DNA of 64,000 bases from a bacterium. Lineage in GTDB: Bacteria > Bacteroidota > Ignavibacteria > Palsa-1295. Made by a program: the position numbers and the translations under genes. Position 1 is the first letter of the stretch. Each line of letters starts with the position of its first letter. The stretch is from NCBI GenBank assembly GCA_037143335.1, contig JBAWZA010000010.1, forward strand, positions 25,326-89,325, in the 5' to 3' direction. This document shows positions 1 through 8,113 of the stretch, in pieces. The notes under the pieces are model-generated. The model had not been told where the DNA came from. It saw only the letters and a list, made by a program, of their open reading frames with translations, and did not search any database.

Positions 1-766
1 ACATGCCCACCTGTTTCAATATCGAAGCCAATCGCAAGAGGGTCATTATGCTTGATCGAGCTTTGTACTGAGTTGAATGGATGTGTCCAATCAATAGTAA
101 ACGAAACGCGATTTGTTATTTTAACTCTACCACCAACACCGAGTGCAATGATATTATGCGGATCACTTGCGTAGGTTACTAAATTTTGGTGAATGAGAGT
201 AGGGGAGAGCTGCAGGGAAATGTCATCAGAGAATTTTCTCCCCAAAAGTATCTGCTGAAAAAAGCTCATCCGCGACGTAAAGAAATTCGTAACGGTAGGA
301 TCGGAGTAGGTTGTCGAACTAAGCGTCATTCCTGCTACAAGCACAACAGTGAGCGGCACAGTGCGCAATCCCTGCGATTGCTGGAGCAGATCATATTTGA
401 TGAATCCGTCGAACTCTTTTTGACCTCTGCTTGAGCGACCGATGCCGACAAGAAGATCATTTGTCGGAGCGAAGTCAAAGCTAAACCGAGTGGAGGCTTC
501 GTCGAGTCCAAATAAATTTCCCGCACCTGAATTAACTGGACCGAATCGATGGAGAACCCGAAAATCCAGCGACCCGGCTCCGAGCATTTCTATAGATTGC
601 GAATTAATGATTCGTGTTGACTTGAACGCATTTTTTACATACTCTACTTCGGTGGTTGAGTCACCCACCAGATCAAGCAAGCCCACTGGTTCTTGGGCGA
701 AAGCGTTTGTGAGTGATACGAATGAACAAAGCGTAGCGAGTGCTACGAGCAAAAAATATTTCTTCA
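1..766 (-). CDS. putative outer-membrane beta-barrel-like protein, C-terminus cut by window edge (N-terminus MKKYFLLVALATLCSFVSL... signal peptide)
   Basis: Minus-strand frame is open to position 1. The ATG at 764-766 overlaps the stop of the upstream YceI gene (ATGA coupling). Signal-peptide-like N-terminus. No ORF-track entry because there is no stop inside the window. Confidence 0.4.
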
Positions 767-1318
767 TGGAAGCGGATCGAGCCAAACTTTTACTGTAATT
801 GTGACTTTGTTCGAAATTTTATCTTTGACAAGACCGGGGATTTCAATTCCAAAATCGGAAAGCAGGATCTGGAGATTTGCATACCCACTGACTTTACCAT
901 CGGCAACCTGAATCCCGCCAGTTGCAGGCACATCTTTAGTTACACCGTGCATGGTGAGTTTTCCTACCATTTTCACAAGATACGTCCCATTAACCCGGAA
1001 CTCAACGTTAGATAAATTCGTGACTTTACCTTTGTACGTCGCTTTCGGAAATTTATCACTCTCTGCGTAATTTTCATTGAAATGCTCCTGCATGAGTGCG
1101 CGCTTAAATTCAAATGCCTTCATGAGGATACCCATCTCAACTGCGGAAGTTTTTGTATCAAGTACGAATGTCGCTTTTTTATTCTCAGCAAGAATTTCCT
1201 CAACAGTGCCGGATGCATCGAATTTGATATTTGCAGACTTAGTAAAATATTTACTCTGCGCGTTAGCACCGCTATGAAAGAGCGTCAAGAGAATGCCAAG
1301 TGCATAGATCGTTCTTTT
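764..1318 (-). CDS. YceI-family periplasmic (polyisoprenoid-binding) protein
   Basis: ORF 764..1351. Sequence KYFTKSANIKFDASGTVEE...GKLTMHGVTKDV...GYANLQIL is typical of the YceI fold. Probable start MKRTIYALGILLTL (signal peptide) at about 1318. Confidence 0.6.
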   Translation of the reverse strand, partial: KRTIYALGILLTLFHSGANAQSKYFTKSANIKFDASGTVEEILAENKKATFVLDTKTSAVEMGILMKAFEFKRALMQEHFNENYAESDKFPKATYKGKVTNLSNVEFRVNGTYLVKMVGKLTMHGVTKDVPATGGIQVADGKVSGYANLQILLSDFGIEIPGLVKDKISNKVTITVKVWLDPLP

Positions 1319-1376
1319 CATCGTTTTCATCATAATCATCATCGTTATCAAAGTATGGATTTCAAAATAACCACTG

Positions 1377-1802
1377 CTATTTCTTTACAAAGCTACACTG
1401 AACTAATACGACATCAGAGAGCATTCCCGTGCAGATTCCTGTAACAGTGATTGTATCTGCTACTCGAACTTTCGCCGCATCACCGATGTGACGTGGATCC
1501 AATTCACAAGAAATGTTTGCCATCAGATCACCAGTCTCAAGCGCAATACTGACCGAGCCAGTCTGATCCTTGTCAATAGACTTTACGGCTCCTCTACAAG
1601 ATGTTACTTTATTGAGAAATCTTTTATTCGCTAGATTCTCGTCCTTTGCAAATTCAGCGAGTAAATTCGGTGCACTAATGGCAATGTCAGCTTTGGCACC
1701 TGATAAATCTGGATGTCCTCTCGTATATTCGCTATAACCATAGAACCCTGCGATGGCAAGTCCAATAACGATGATCAAAAAAATCCATCTTGTTTTACTC
1801 AT
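1377..1802 (-). CDS. membrane-anchored OB-fold protein (tRNA_anti-like/DUF-type)
   Basis: 141 aa with an N-terminal TM anchor followed by a small beta-rich domain. Resembles the tRNA_anti-like OB-fold family. Sits in the operon 41 nt downstream of the cytochrome gene. Confidence 0.35.
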   Translation of the reverse strand: MSKTRWIFLIIVIGLAIAGFYGYSEYTRGHPDLSGAKADIAISAPNLLAEFAKDENLANKRFLNKVTSCRGAVKSIDKDQTGSVSIALETGDLMANISCELDPRHIGDAAKVRVADTITVTGICTGMLSDVVLVQCSFVKK

Positions 1803-1842
1803 TCTAATCTATGTAACCCCTTGCTCAAAAGAGGGTTCCGCT

Positions 1843-2247
1843 TCAGTTCTGAGGCATTCCGATGTTAATCCAGTGCTGGACTTTCGCTATCGTACATGCA
1901 TCAAGTTTATTTCCACCAAAAGGCATTGGTACAAATGAGCCAGTGGTTTGATTTAAGTCGGCCATCAGCTTTCCATTCTTTGCTTGCACCACGAGATCTG
2001 ACAAATTATCTAACACAATATCACCGCCATTCGCATGAGCCGTTGCCTTGGTATGACATGAGGCGCAGTTATTGGAAATGATTGTTGAGATAGATTTAGC
2101 AGATATTGTATTATTATAAGACACACCAGAGGTGTCACACGTGACATTTTGCCCGGGGAGACCGTAGAGTTCTTCGACGGTATCGTTATAACAACCAGCG
2201 AAGAAAACGACTGCGAGGACGATTGGAATGAGTATTACGCGATTCAT
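1843..2247 (-). CDS. small c-type cytochrome-like lipoprotein (CxxCH, PSCyt1-like module)
   Basis: Internal start MNRVILIPIVLAVVFFAGC (lipobox). Heme motif NCASCH. A VPMPFGG and W-I-x-x-G tail occurs as in planctomycete-type cytochrome c domains. Confidence 0.5.
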   Translation of the reverse strand: MNRVILIPIVLAVVFFAGCYNDTVEELYGLPGQNVTCDTSGVSYNNTISAKSISTIISNNCASCHTKATAHANGGDIVLDNLSDLVVQAKNGKLMADLNQTTGSFVPMPFGGNKLDACTIAKVQHWINIGMPQN

Positions 2248-2309
2248 GTCTAAAAAAAAATCTGATTTTTTGCCTTTCAAACAAGTTGGAATGAGAAAAT
2301 GCAACCAAC

Positions 2310-3065
2310 TTATTTAGGATAACCGTTCCGAACCCAAATTTTTAGGGTATTGGCGTCGCAAATAGATAGTTTCGAGTATGGCGGCATTGCAATATATCCT
2401 TTTGAGTATGTGATTGTCGCCAACAGTTTTTTATTCGCGGCTTGCGCAGCGATTTCATCATAATTTGTTAACGAGATTTTCCCAGCAGGATTGCTCCCAG
2501 AATGGCATCCCGTGCAATTATATTTTATGATAGGCAGAACAGATCCTTCAAAGGTAACATTAGAATTTGAGCAGTCTCCGTCGCAGTAGTTATCTTTCGC
2601 TCCTTGGAGGATCCACTTGCGGATCAATGAATCCTCATGGGGTGTTGGTACAATTCCTGGTGGTTGCGGCATTTTATCCTCACCTTTTCTAGTCCTCGTA
2701 GTGAGAACCTTACTGGTTAACGGCGAATTAGGAACGACATTTTCGTCGTTCAACAATTGTGCATAATTTGTCAACGGCTGAGCTTTCGATGCTTTTGCAT
2801 CATGACATCCATGGTCTGGTAAGTCACAATGATTCTCAATCAAAGGTAGGATGTCGTTCGCAAAATAGACGCTATCAGGACTGCAAACATGTATAGGAGT
2901 TTGAAGAGCGGTGTCTATACCACCTCCACCATTTCCACCGCCTGTAGTCGTATCGGTAGCAGCCGCAAGTGGATGGGATAGCGTATGCTTACACGCTTCT
3001 GTGGTGAGCATTACACAAATGAAGATGAAAGCTCCAATGATGAGGGAAAGAATCGATTTTTTCAT
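2310..3065 (-). CDS. lipoprotein with two tandem PSCyt1-like cytochrome c modules
   Basis: 251 aa with a signal peptide. Module 1 is ILPLIENHCDLPDHGCH...KMPQPP...LIRKWILQGA (non-canonical C-x6-CH). Module 2 is VLPIIKYNCTGCHSG...MPPYSK...LKIWVRNG (canonical CxxCH). Confidence 0.5.
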   Translation of the reverse strand: MKKSILSLIIGAFIFICVMLTTEACKHTLSHPLAAATDTTTGGGNGGGGIDTALQTPIHVCSPDSVYFANDILPLIENHCDLPDHGCHDAKASKAQPLTNYAQLLNDENVVPNSPLTSKVLTTRTRKGEDKMPQPPGIVPTPHEDSLIRKWILQGAKDNYCDGDCSNSNVTFEGSVLPIIKYNCTGCHSGSNPAGKISLTNYDEIAAQAANKKLLATITYSKGYIAMPPYSKLSICDANTLKIWVRNGYPK

Positions 3066-3210
3066 AGTAAAAAAAGCGGCTTTATCGGAAATAGGTGATC
3101 CTGCCGACGAACCACCATCTGTAATGAGCCAAATAACCAGGAATTGTTTCAGCGTAAACGAATTTAGTCATGGGACAAATCCTGTGTTTTTTTCGTTTTT
3201 GGGCAAAATA

Positions 3211-4566
3211 ATGCAAATTGTCGCTCATACACTCGGTTGCAAACTCAATAGCGCAGAAACTTCTGCTATTGTCGAGCAATTTCGCCTACGGAATTGGGAA
3301 ATCACCCAACTTGGCACCGATACCGATGTTTTTGTCTTGAATACCTGTTCGGTCACCCAAAATGCCGAAAGAGAGTGCCGACAGATCATCAGACAAATTC
3401 TCCGCAAGAACCCGAAAGCCTTTGTTGCAGTAACTGGTTGTTATGCCCAACTCCGACCTGAAGAGATAGCAAGTATTGAGGGAGTGGATGTTATCCTTGG
3501 GGCGAAGGAGAAGTTCGATCTTTTCTCTCACGTTACTTCATTCGAGAAATTACCCGCGCCAGTTATTTTCTCCTCACCGATTGACGAAGCAACAGAGTTT
3601 CATATTGCCGCCACTTCTGACACAAACGAGCGAACCCGCGCATTCTTGAAGGTGCAAGATGGATGCGATTATACCTGTTCGTTCTGTACAATCCCACAAG
3701 CACGTGGAGAGTCGAGATCAACCTCAATTGAGAAGATTCTTGCCGAGGCGCGCATGCTATCTGCAGAGGGATTCCGCGAGATCATTCTCTCTGGTGTGAA
3801 TGTCGGAGATTTCGGCAGAAAAATAGGGACAAGTTTTTATGAGCTCGTTCAGGCAATCGAGAATGACCAAGCAATTGAATCACGCATCCGTATCAGCTCG
3901 ATTGAACCAAATTTATTATCGAACGAAATAATCGAGTTAGTTGCAAAATCGGCGAAGTTCTGTCCGCATTTTCATATTCCACTCCAATCAGGATCTGCTA
4001 ATGTATTACGTGCGATGCAAAGACGTTACACAGCAGATTTGTATCGCTCCCGAATTGATCGAATCAAAGAACTTCTGCCACAAGCAGCCATTGGTGCGGA
4101 TGTTATAGTCGGATTTCCTGGAGAGACGGATGAAGAATTTGAGGAGACGTACAAATTCTTAAGTGAGCTTGACATAGCATACTTGCACGTATTTACCTAT
4201 AGCGAACGCCCCGATACCAAAGCTACGTTGATGGGAAATCGTGTGATACCAACAAAACGCAAAGAACGTAATGCACGCTTGCGAATTCTCTCAGAAAAGA
4301 AGCGACACGAATTCTTCCGTTCGCAGCTTGGTAAGACTGTTGAAGTGTTATTGGAGCCAAGTGACTCAGCGTTACTCAATTCAGGACGAGTCGAAGGCTT
4401 TTCCGAAAACTATGTTCGTGTCTCCGTCAATAAATCCGAAGTAACTTCTGGGGCAGAACTTGTTCGCGTTTCTCTAACAGAAGTAGCAGGCGATCATGTT
4501 TGCGGCGACATTTCTGAAGTGCTTACCCGACGTGCTTATGAGTCACTATTGCCAATTATAGGATAG
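3211..4566 (+). CDS. mtaB: tRNA (t6A37) methylthiotransferase MtaB (radical SAM, MiaB-like)
   Basis: N-terminal MQIVAHTLGCKLNSAE. Radical-SAM CDYTCSFC motif. C-terminal TRAM-like region. The ORF-track start at 2911 is an unstopped upstream extension that overlaps the convergent gene. ATG at 3211 was chosen. Confidence 0.8.
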   Translation: MQIVAHTLGCKLNSAETSAIVEQFRLRNWEITQLGTDTDVFVLNTCSVTQNAERECRQIIRQILRKNPKAFVAVTGCYAQLRPEEIASIEGVDVILGAKEKFDLFSHVTSFEKLPAPVIFSSPIDEATEFHIAATSDTNERTRAFLKVQDGCDYTCSFCTIPQARGESRSTSIEKILAEARMLSAEGFREIILSGVNVGDFGRKIGTSFYELVQAIENDQAIESRIRISSIEPNLLSNEIIELVAKSAKFCPHFHIPLQSGSANVLRAMQRRYTADLYRSRIDRIKELLPQAAIGADVIVGFPGETDEEFEETYKFLSELDIAYLHVFTYSERPDTKATLMGNRVIPTKRKERNARLRILSEKKRHEFFRSQLGKTVEVLLEPSDSALLNSGRVEGFSENYVRVSVNKSEVTSGAELVRVSLTEVAGDHVCGDISEVLTRRAYESLLPIIG

Positions 4567-4570
4567 AAGC

Positions 4571-5839
4571 TTGTTCGATAAACTGACTCTAAACCTACAA
4601 AACCGGCGCACCGAGTGGTTGCTACTACTCGGAGTCTCGGTTGTCATTTTCATAATCCAAATTCTCACCCTCCGCCCACCAGTTGGTATTGGTGAGCCAT
4701 ATTGGATTGCGAAACATTTAGCCGCAGGCGAAGGATTTATCTATCCCTATCCATTTGACTCTGCATGGCTTCCAACCTGTTACATTCCACCGCTTTACGT
4801 ATGGTTTCATGCGGCAATTATTGGCATTGGAGGGGGATTAGTTGTTACGCAGATAGCTGGGTTAATATTCTTTCATGCCGCAAATTTTTTCTTCTACAAA
4901 TTTTTTCAACGCATTACCACAAAAACTATCGCCTTCATTGGTTTTTGCGGATTGGCGTGTTACGTTCCGCTGTGGCTCATCTCGCAAAAGCCGGATCCGG
5001 ATGGACTTAATTTATTACTCATTGCGCTCACGATACTCACCCTCGACCGCATAATCTCTAAGCAGAAAATTTCATCAATGTGGAATTGGGTGACTCTTGG
5101 AATTCTCTTTGGTTTACAAATTCTTGTTCGCCCTGATATTTTAATGGGTATCGTCCTCTTCGGCTTGTGGTTACTTTTTTATTCAGGCAAGTATTGGTTG
5201 CGCAACGGAATTCGATTCTGTTTTTCTGTAGCGATAGCACTTGCGATGGTCTTGCCGTGGACAATCCGCAATTATAATACATTTCATTCGTTCGTACTGG
5301 TAAGTTCAAATTCAGGGTTCAATTTTTTCATCGGGAATAATCCGATTGCAACAGGGGAATTTCAGCAAGGAGTCAGTAATGCCGAGAGTCAACGAATGGA
5401 TACTGCCCGCACAGAGTTTTACCGAGTACATACCTCGCCTGTCGAAAGAGATTCGTATCTATTCAAAGTAGGAAAGGATTGGGTCTTGGAGCATCCAGGA
5501 GATGCGCTTATCCTCGGTATGAAAAAATGTTATTATCATTGGTGGCAGCGGGAGTACGCTGGTGGCAGTATCGCCGCATCTGCTTGGATGGTGACGGGTT
5601 ATAAATTTATTTCGATCTTTCTATTGACCTTCGGATTCATCGGACTTTTTAGTTTGCGCTCTAAAAGTAGCCGTGCGTTGCTCATGACATTATTTTTGTA
5701 TTCAACCTTGATCTCTGTTATTTTCTTTACACAATCACGGCACCGTGCAATCAAGATTGACCCGTATCTTGTTACATTGTCTATCATCGGTGTTGGTGCG
5801 ACACTCAAAAAAATTAAGCGCAACGAATCAAAGCAATAG
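4571..5839 (+). CDS. polytopic membrane protein, putative GT39/GT83-like glycosyltransferase
   Basis: 422 aa with more than 10 predicted TM helices. TTG start 4 nt after the mtaB stop. Architecture resembles ArnT/PMT-type lipid-linked sugar transferases. Confidence 0.35.
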   Translation: MFDKLTLNLQNRRTEWLLLLGVSVVIFIIQILTLRPPVGIGEPYWIAKHLAAGEGFIYPYPFDSAWLPTCYIPPLYVWFHAAIIGIGGGLVVTQIAGLIFFHAANFFFYKFFQRITTKTIAFIGFCGLACYVPLWLISQKPDPDGLNLLLIALTILTLDRIISKQKISSMWNWVTLGILFGLQILVRPDILMGIVLFGLWLLFYSGKYWLRNGIRFCFSVAIALAMVLPWTIRNYNTFHSFVLVSSNSGFNFFIGNNPIATGEFQQGVSNAESQRMDTARTEFYRVHTSPVERDSYLFKVGKDWVLEHPGDALILGMKKCYYHWWQREYAGGSIAASAWMVTGYKFISIFLLTFGFIGLFSLRSKSSRALLMTLFLYSTLISVIFFTQSRHRAIKIDPYLVTLSIIGVGATLKKIKRNESKQ

Positions 5840-5841
5840 CT

Positions 5842-6603
5842 ATGAAAATCATATCATGGAATGTGAACGGCATCAGAGCCGCAGAAAAAAAAGGATTTAT
5901 CGAATATATGAAGAAGGAAAATCCGGACATCATGTGTTTGCAAGAGACGAAGGCTCATCCCGATCAACTCAGCGACGCACTCAAGAATATCCCTGGCTAC
6001 ACTTCCTACTTTGTCCTTGGCGATAAGAAGGGCTACTCAGGTGTCGCCATCTACACCAAGCAAACTCCCAAAGAAGTGATCGTCGGATGTGGCGAAGCCC
6101 GATTCGATACAGAAGGTAGGATCATTGCCGCGGAGTATGACGATTTCATACTTTTTAATATCTATTATCCGAATGGTGGCCGTGGACCAGATCGGGTTCA
6201 GTATAAGTTGGAATTCTACGATTTCATGTTAGCAAAATGGGAAGCACTTCGGAAGAAGGGAAAGAAACTCATCCTCACCGGCGATTTTAATACTGCGCAC
6301 AAAGAGATTGATTTAGCTCGACCGAAGGAAAATGCAAAAGTGACAGGCTTCCTTCCGGAGGAGAGAGCGTGGCTTGATAAAATTTCCACGATGGGGTACG
6401 TAGATATTTTCCGGCAGCTGAATCAAGAACCTGAATGGTACACATATTGGGATCAACTCACTCGCGCAAGAGATAGAAACGTTGGCTGGCGTATTGATTA
6501 CTTCTGGGTAACCTCCGATGTAGTCCCCATGGTGAAAGCCGCCCCGATCCGCATGGAAATCCTAGGTAGTGACCACTGCCCAATAGAGCTGCATTTGAAG
6601 TAA
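5842..6603 (+). CDS. xth: exodeoxyribonuclease III
   Basis: Starts MKIISWNVNGIRAAEKKGF...LQETK. Ends ...GSDHCPIELHL. Canonical ExoIII/AP endonuclease. Confidence 0.85.
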   Translation: MKIISWNVNGIRAAEKKGFIEYMKKENPDIMCLQETKAHPDQLSDALKNIPGYTSYFVLGDKKGYSGVAIYTKQTPKEVIVGCGEARFDTEGRIIAAEYDDFILFNIYYPNGGRGPDRVQYKLEFYDFMLAKWEALRKKGKKLILTGDFNTAHKEIDLARPKENAKVTGFLPEERAWLDKISTMGYVDIFRQLNQEPEWYTYWDQLTRARDRNVGWRIDYFWVTSDVVPMVKAAPIRMEILGSDHCPIELHLK

Positions 6604-6648
6604 TCTGCATTCCACCGTTTGTTCTATCCGAAACGTGTTTGGTTAAAC

Positions 6649-6669
6649 CTTTGTTTAGTATTAAGACTA
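6649..6669. promoter_or_regulatory. 21-bp perfect palindrome TATTAAGACT-A-AGTCTTAATA, candidate Fur operator
   Basis: Read directly from the sequence. Ends 17 bp upstream of the fur start codon. AT-rich dyad of Fur-box size. Confidence 0.4.
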
Positions 6670-6685
6670 AGTCTTAATAAAAGAA

Positions 6686-7252
6686 ATGAGTGAGTCGAAA
6701 GAAGAGTCAAAGAAATCGAAGAAAGCTGAGAAGTTAGTGACAGCTACTCCTGCACCTGAAGAGATATTTCGTAAGTTTCTGAAAGATGGGGATTATCGGA
6801 ATACTCCTGAACGCTTCGAAGTGCTTGATGCTGTCATGAAATGGGATGACCATTTTGATGCTGATAATCTCTTTATAGATTTGAAGAACCGAGGTTCAAA
6901 GGTTTCTCGCGCTACGGTCTATAAGACTTTGAATCTTCTCCACGAATGCGGTCTTGTGTCTCGCTATCGTTTTTCACAAGGACATGCTCAATACGAAAAA
7001 ACAATTGATCGCCCCCACCACGATCATTTGATTTGCACAACGTGCGCCAAAATCATTGAGTTTGATAACAGCCGAGTCATTCAAATGCAAAATGATATTT
7101 GCATCGCGTATGGATTCAAGCCGCTCTACCATTCATTCCAGGTCTTCAGCGAATGCCTCGATGGGGCAATGGATATTCAAGATTGCGAGTATGCTCGTCA
7201 ACGTAAATCGGCTCTGATGAATCCGATGAAGAAGAAAAATCATATTGTTTAA
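6686..7252 (+). CDS. fur: Fur-family metal uptake regulator with a Lys/Glu-rich N-terminal tail
   Basis: Contains TPERFEVLDAV...HHDHLICTTCAKIIEF. Winged-helix plus HHDH and CxxC metal sites. Confidence 0.8.
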   Translation: MSESKEESKKSKKAEKLVTATPAPEEIFRKFLKDGDYRNTPERFEVLDAVMKWDDHFDADNLFIDLKNRGSKVSRATVYKTLNLLHECGLVSRYRFSQGHAQYEKTIDRPHHDHLICTTCAKIIEFDNSRVIQMQNDICIAYGFKPLYHSFQVFSECLDGAMDIQDCEYARQRKSALMNPMKKKNHIV

Positions 7253-7257
7253 CTCCG

Positions 7258-8052
7258 GTGTTCGAAAAATTATTTAACCAATTCGTCATTTGTTTTCGTG
7301 AGGGCACCGAGGCATCTCTTGTCATCATGGCGGTGATGGTCGCAATCAAAAAAAGGGGTGACGACCGCTTCCGTATTGCCGCATTGTGGGGAATCGCCAC
7401 TGCGATCGTCGCATGTGTTATCGGTGGATATGTACTCGGCACGATTGCATTAGTTACAAACGAAGGGCACAAAATAGAACTCATCCTCTATCTTTCAGCT
7501 ATGGTTGCGGTAACGGCGATGGTATTTTGGATGATGAGGACTGGAAAGAATCTGCGATTCGAGATTGAGAAAAAAGTGAATGCCTATAAGACCAGTAATT
7601 CGTTTCTTGCGATTGCCGGAGTTTTTCTCTTCGTATTCTTCATGATTGCTCGCGAAGGTTTCGAGACAGTACTCCTTCTACTCTCCTTCGGCTCTGGTGT
7701 TGGCGGGCACTATTATGTATCGGCAATGCTCTTGGGTATCCTTGCTGCGGTCGGGCTTGCATACGCATTATCCAAAGGACTTATAAAAGTCCAGATTGGA
7801 AAATTTTTGCAACAGACAGCTTTTGTGCTGCTCTTTTTTGTAGTCCAACTAATTTTTGATTCTTTGCACGAGGCCTACGAAGGTAATTTTCTTCCTGCTC
7901 CAACATCACAGGGCTGGGCGAACTTCATTGATTACGTCCATGATCAAGTGCCAATCTTCTCGTATATTGCGCTCGCACTCTTCGGATGCATCATCATCTA
8001 CCACCTTGCAAACTCCGTCACCAAGCGGACACCAAAAGGAATTGGAGCTTAA
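7258..8052 (+). CDS. FTR1-family iron permease (EfeU-like)
   Basis: Two RExxE motifs (FREGTEASL and AREGFETVLLL). 7 TM helices. GTG start 6 nt after fur. Confidence 0.65.
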   Translation: MFEKLFNQFVICFREGTEASLVIMAVMVAIKKRGDDRFRIAALWGIATAIVACVIGGYVLGTIALVTNEGHKIELILYLSAMVAVTAMVFWMMRTGKNLRFEIEKKVNAYKTSNSFLAIAGVFLFVFFMIAREGFETVLLLLSFGSGVGGHYYVSAMLLGILAAVGLAYALSKGLIKVQIGKFLQQTAFVLLFFVVQLIFDSLHEAYEGNFLPAPTSQGWANFIDYVHDQVPIFSYIALALFGCIIIYHLANSVTKRTPKGIGA

Positions 8053-8063
8053 AGTTTATGTAA

Positions 8064-8094
8064 TAAAAAAAGGCGAGTAATAACTCGCCTTTTA
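8064..8094. terminator. bidirectional rho-independent terminator
   Basis: Hairpin AGGCGAGT-aataa-ACTCGCCT flanked by an A-run on one side and a T-run on the other. Lies between the convergent FTR1 gene and the CAP-domain gene. Confidence 0.55.
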
Positions 8095-8113
8095 TGATTT
8101 ACATTTGGTAGTA

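Noticed and set aside
2911-3210. ORF-track start of the mtaB frame at 2911 (551 aa)
   Set aside because: The upstream 100 codons are a proline-rich unstopped read-through that overlaps the convergent cytochrome gene. The canonical MtaB N-terminus MQIVAHTLGCK begins at 3211.
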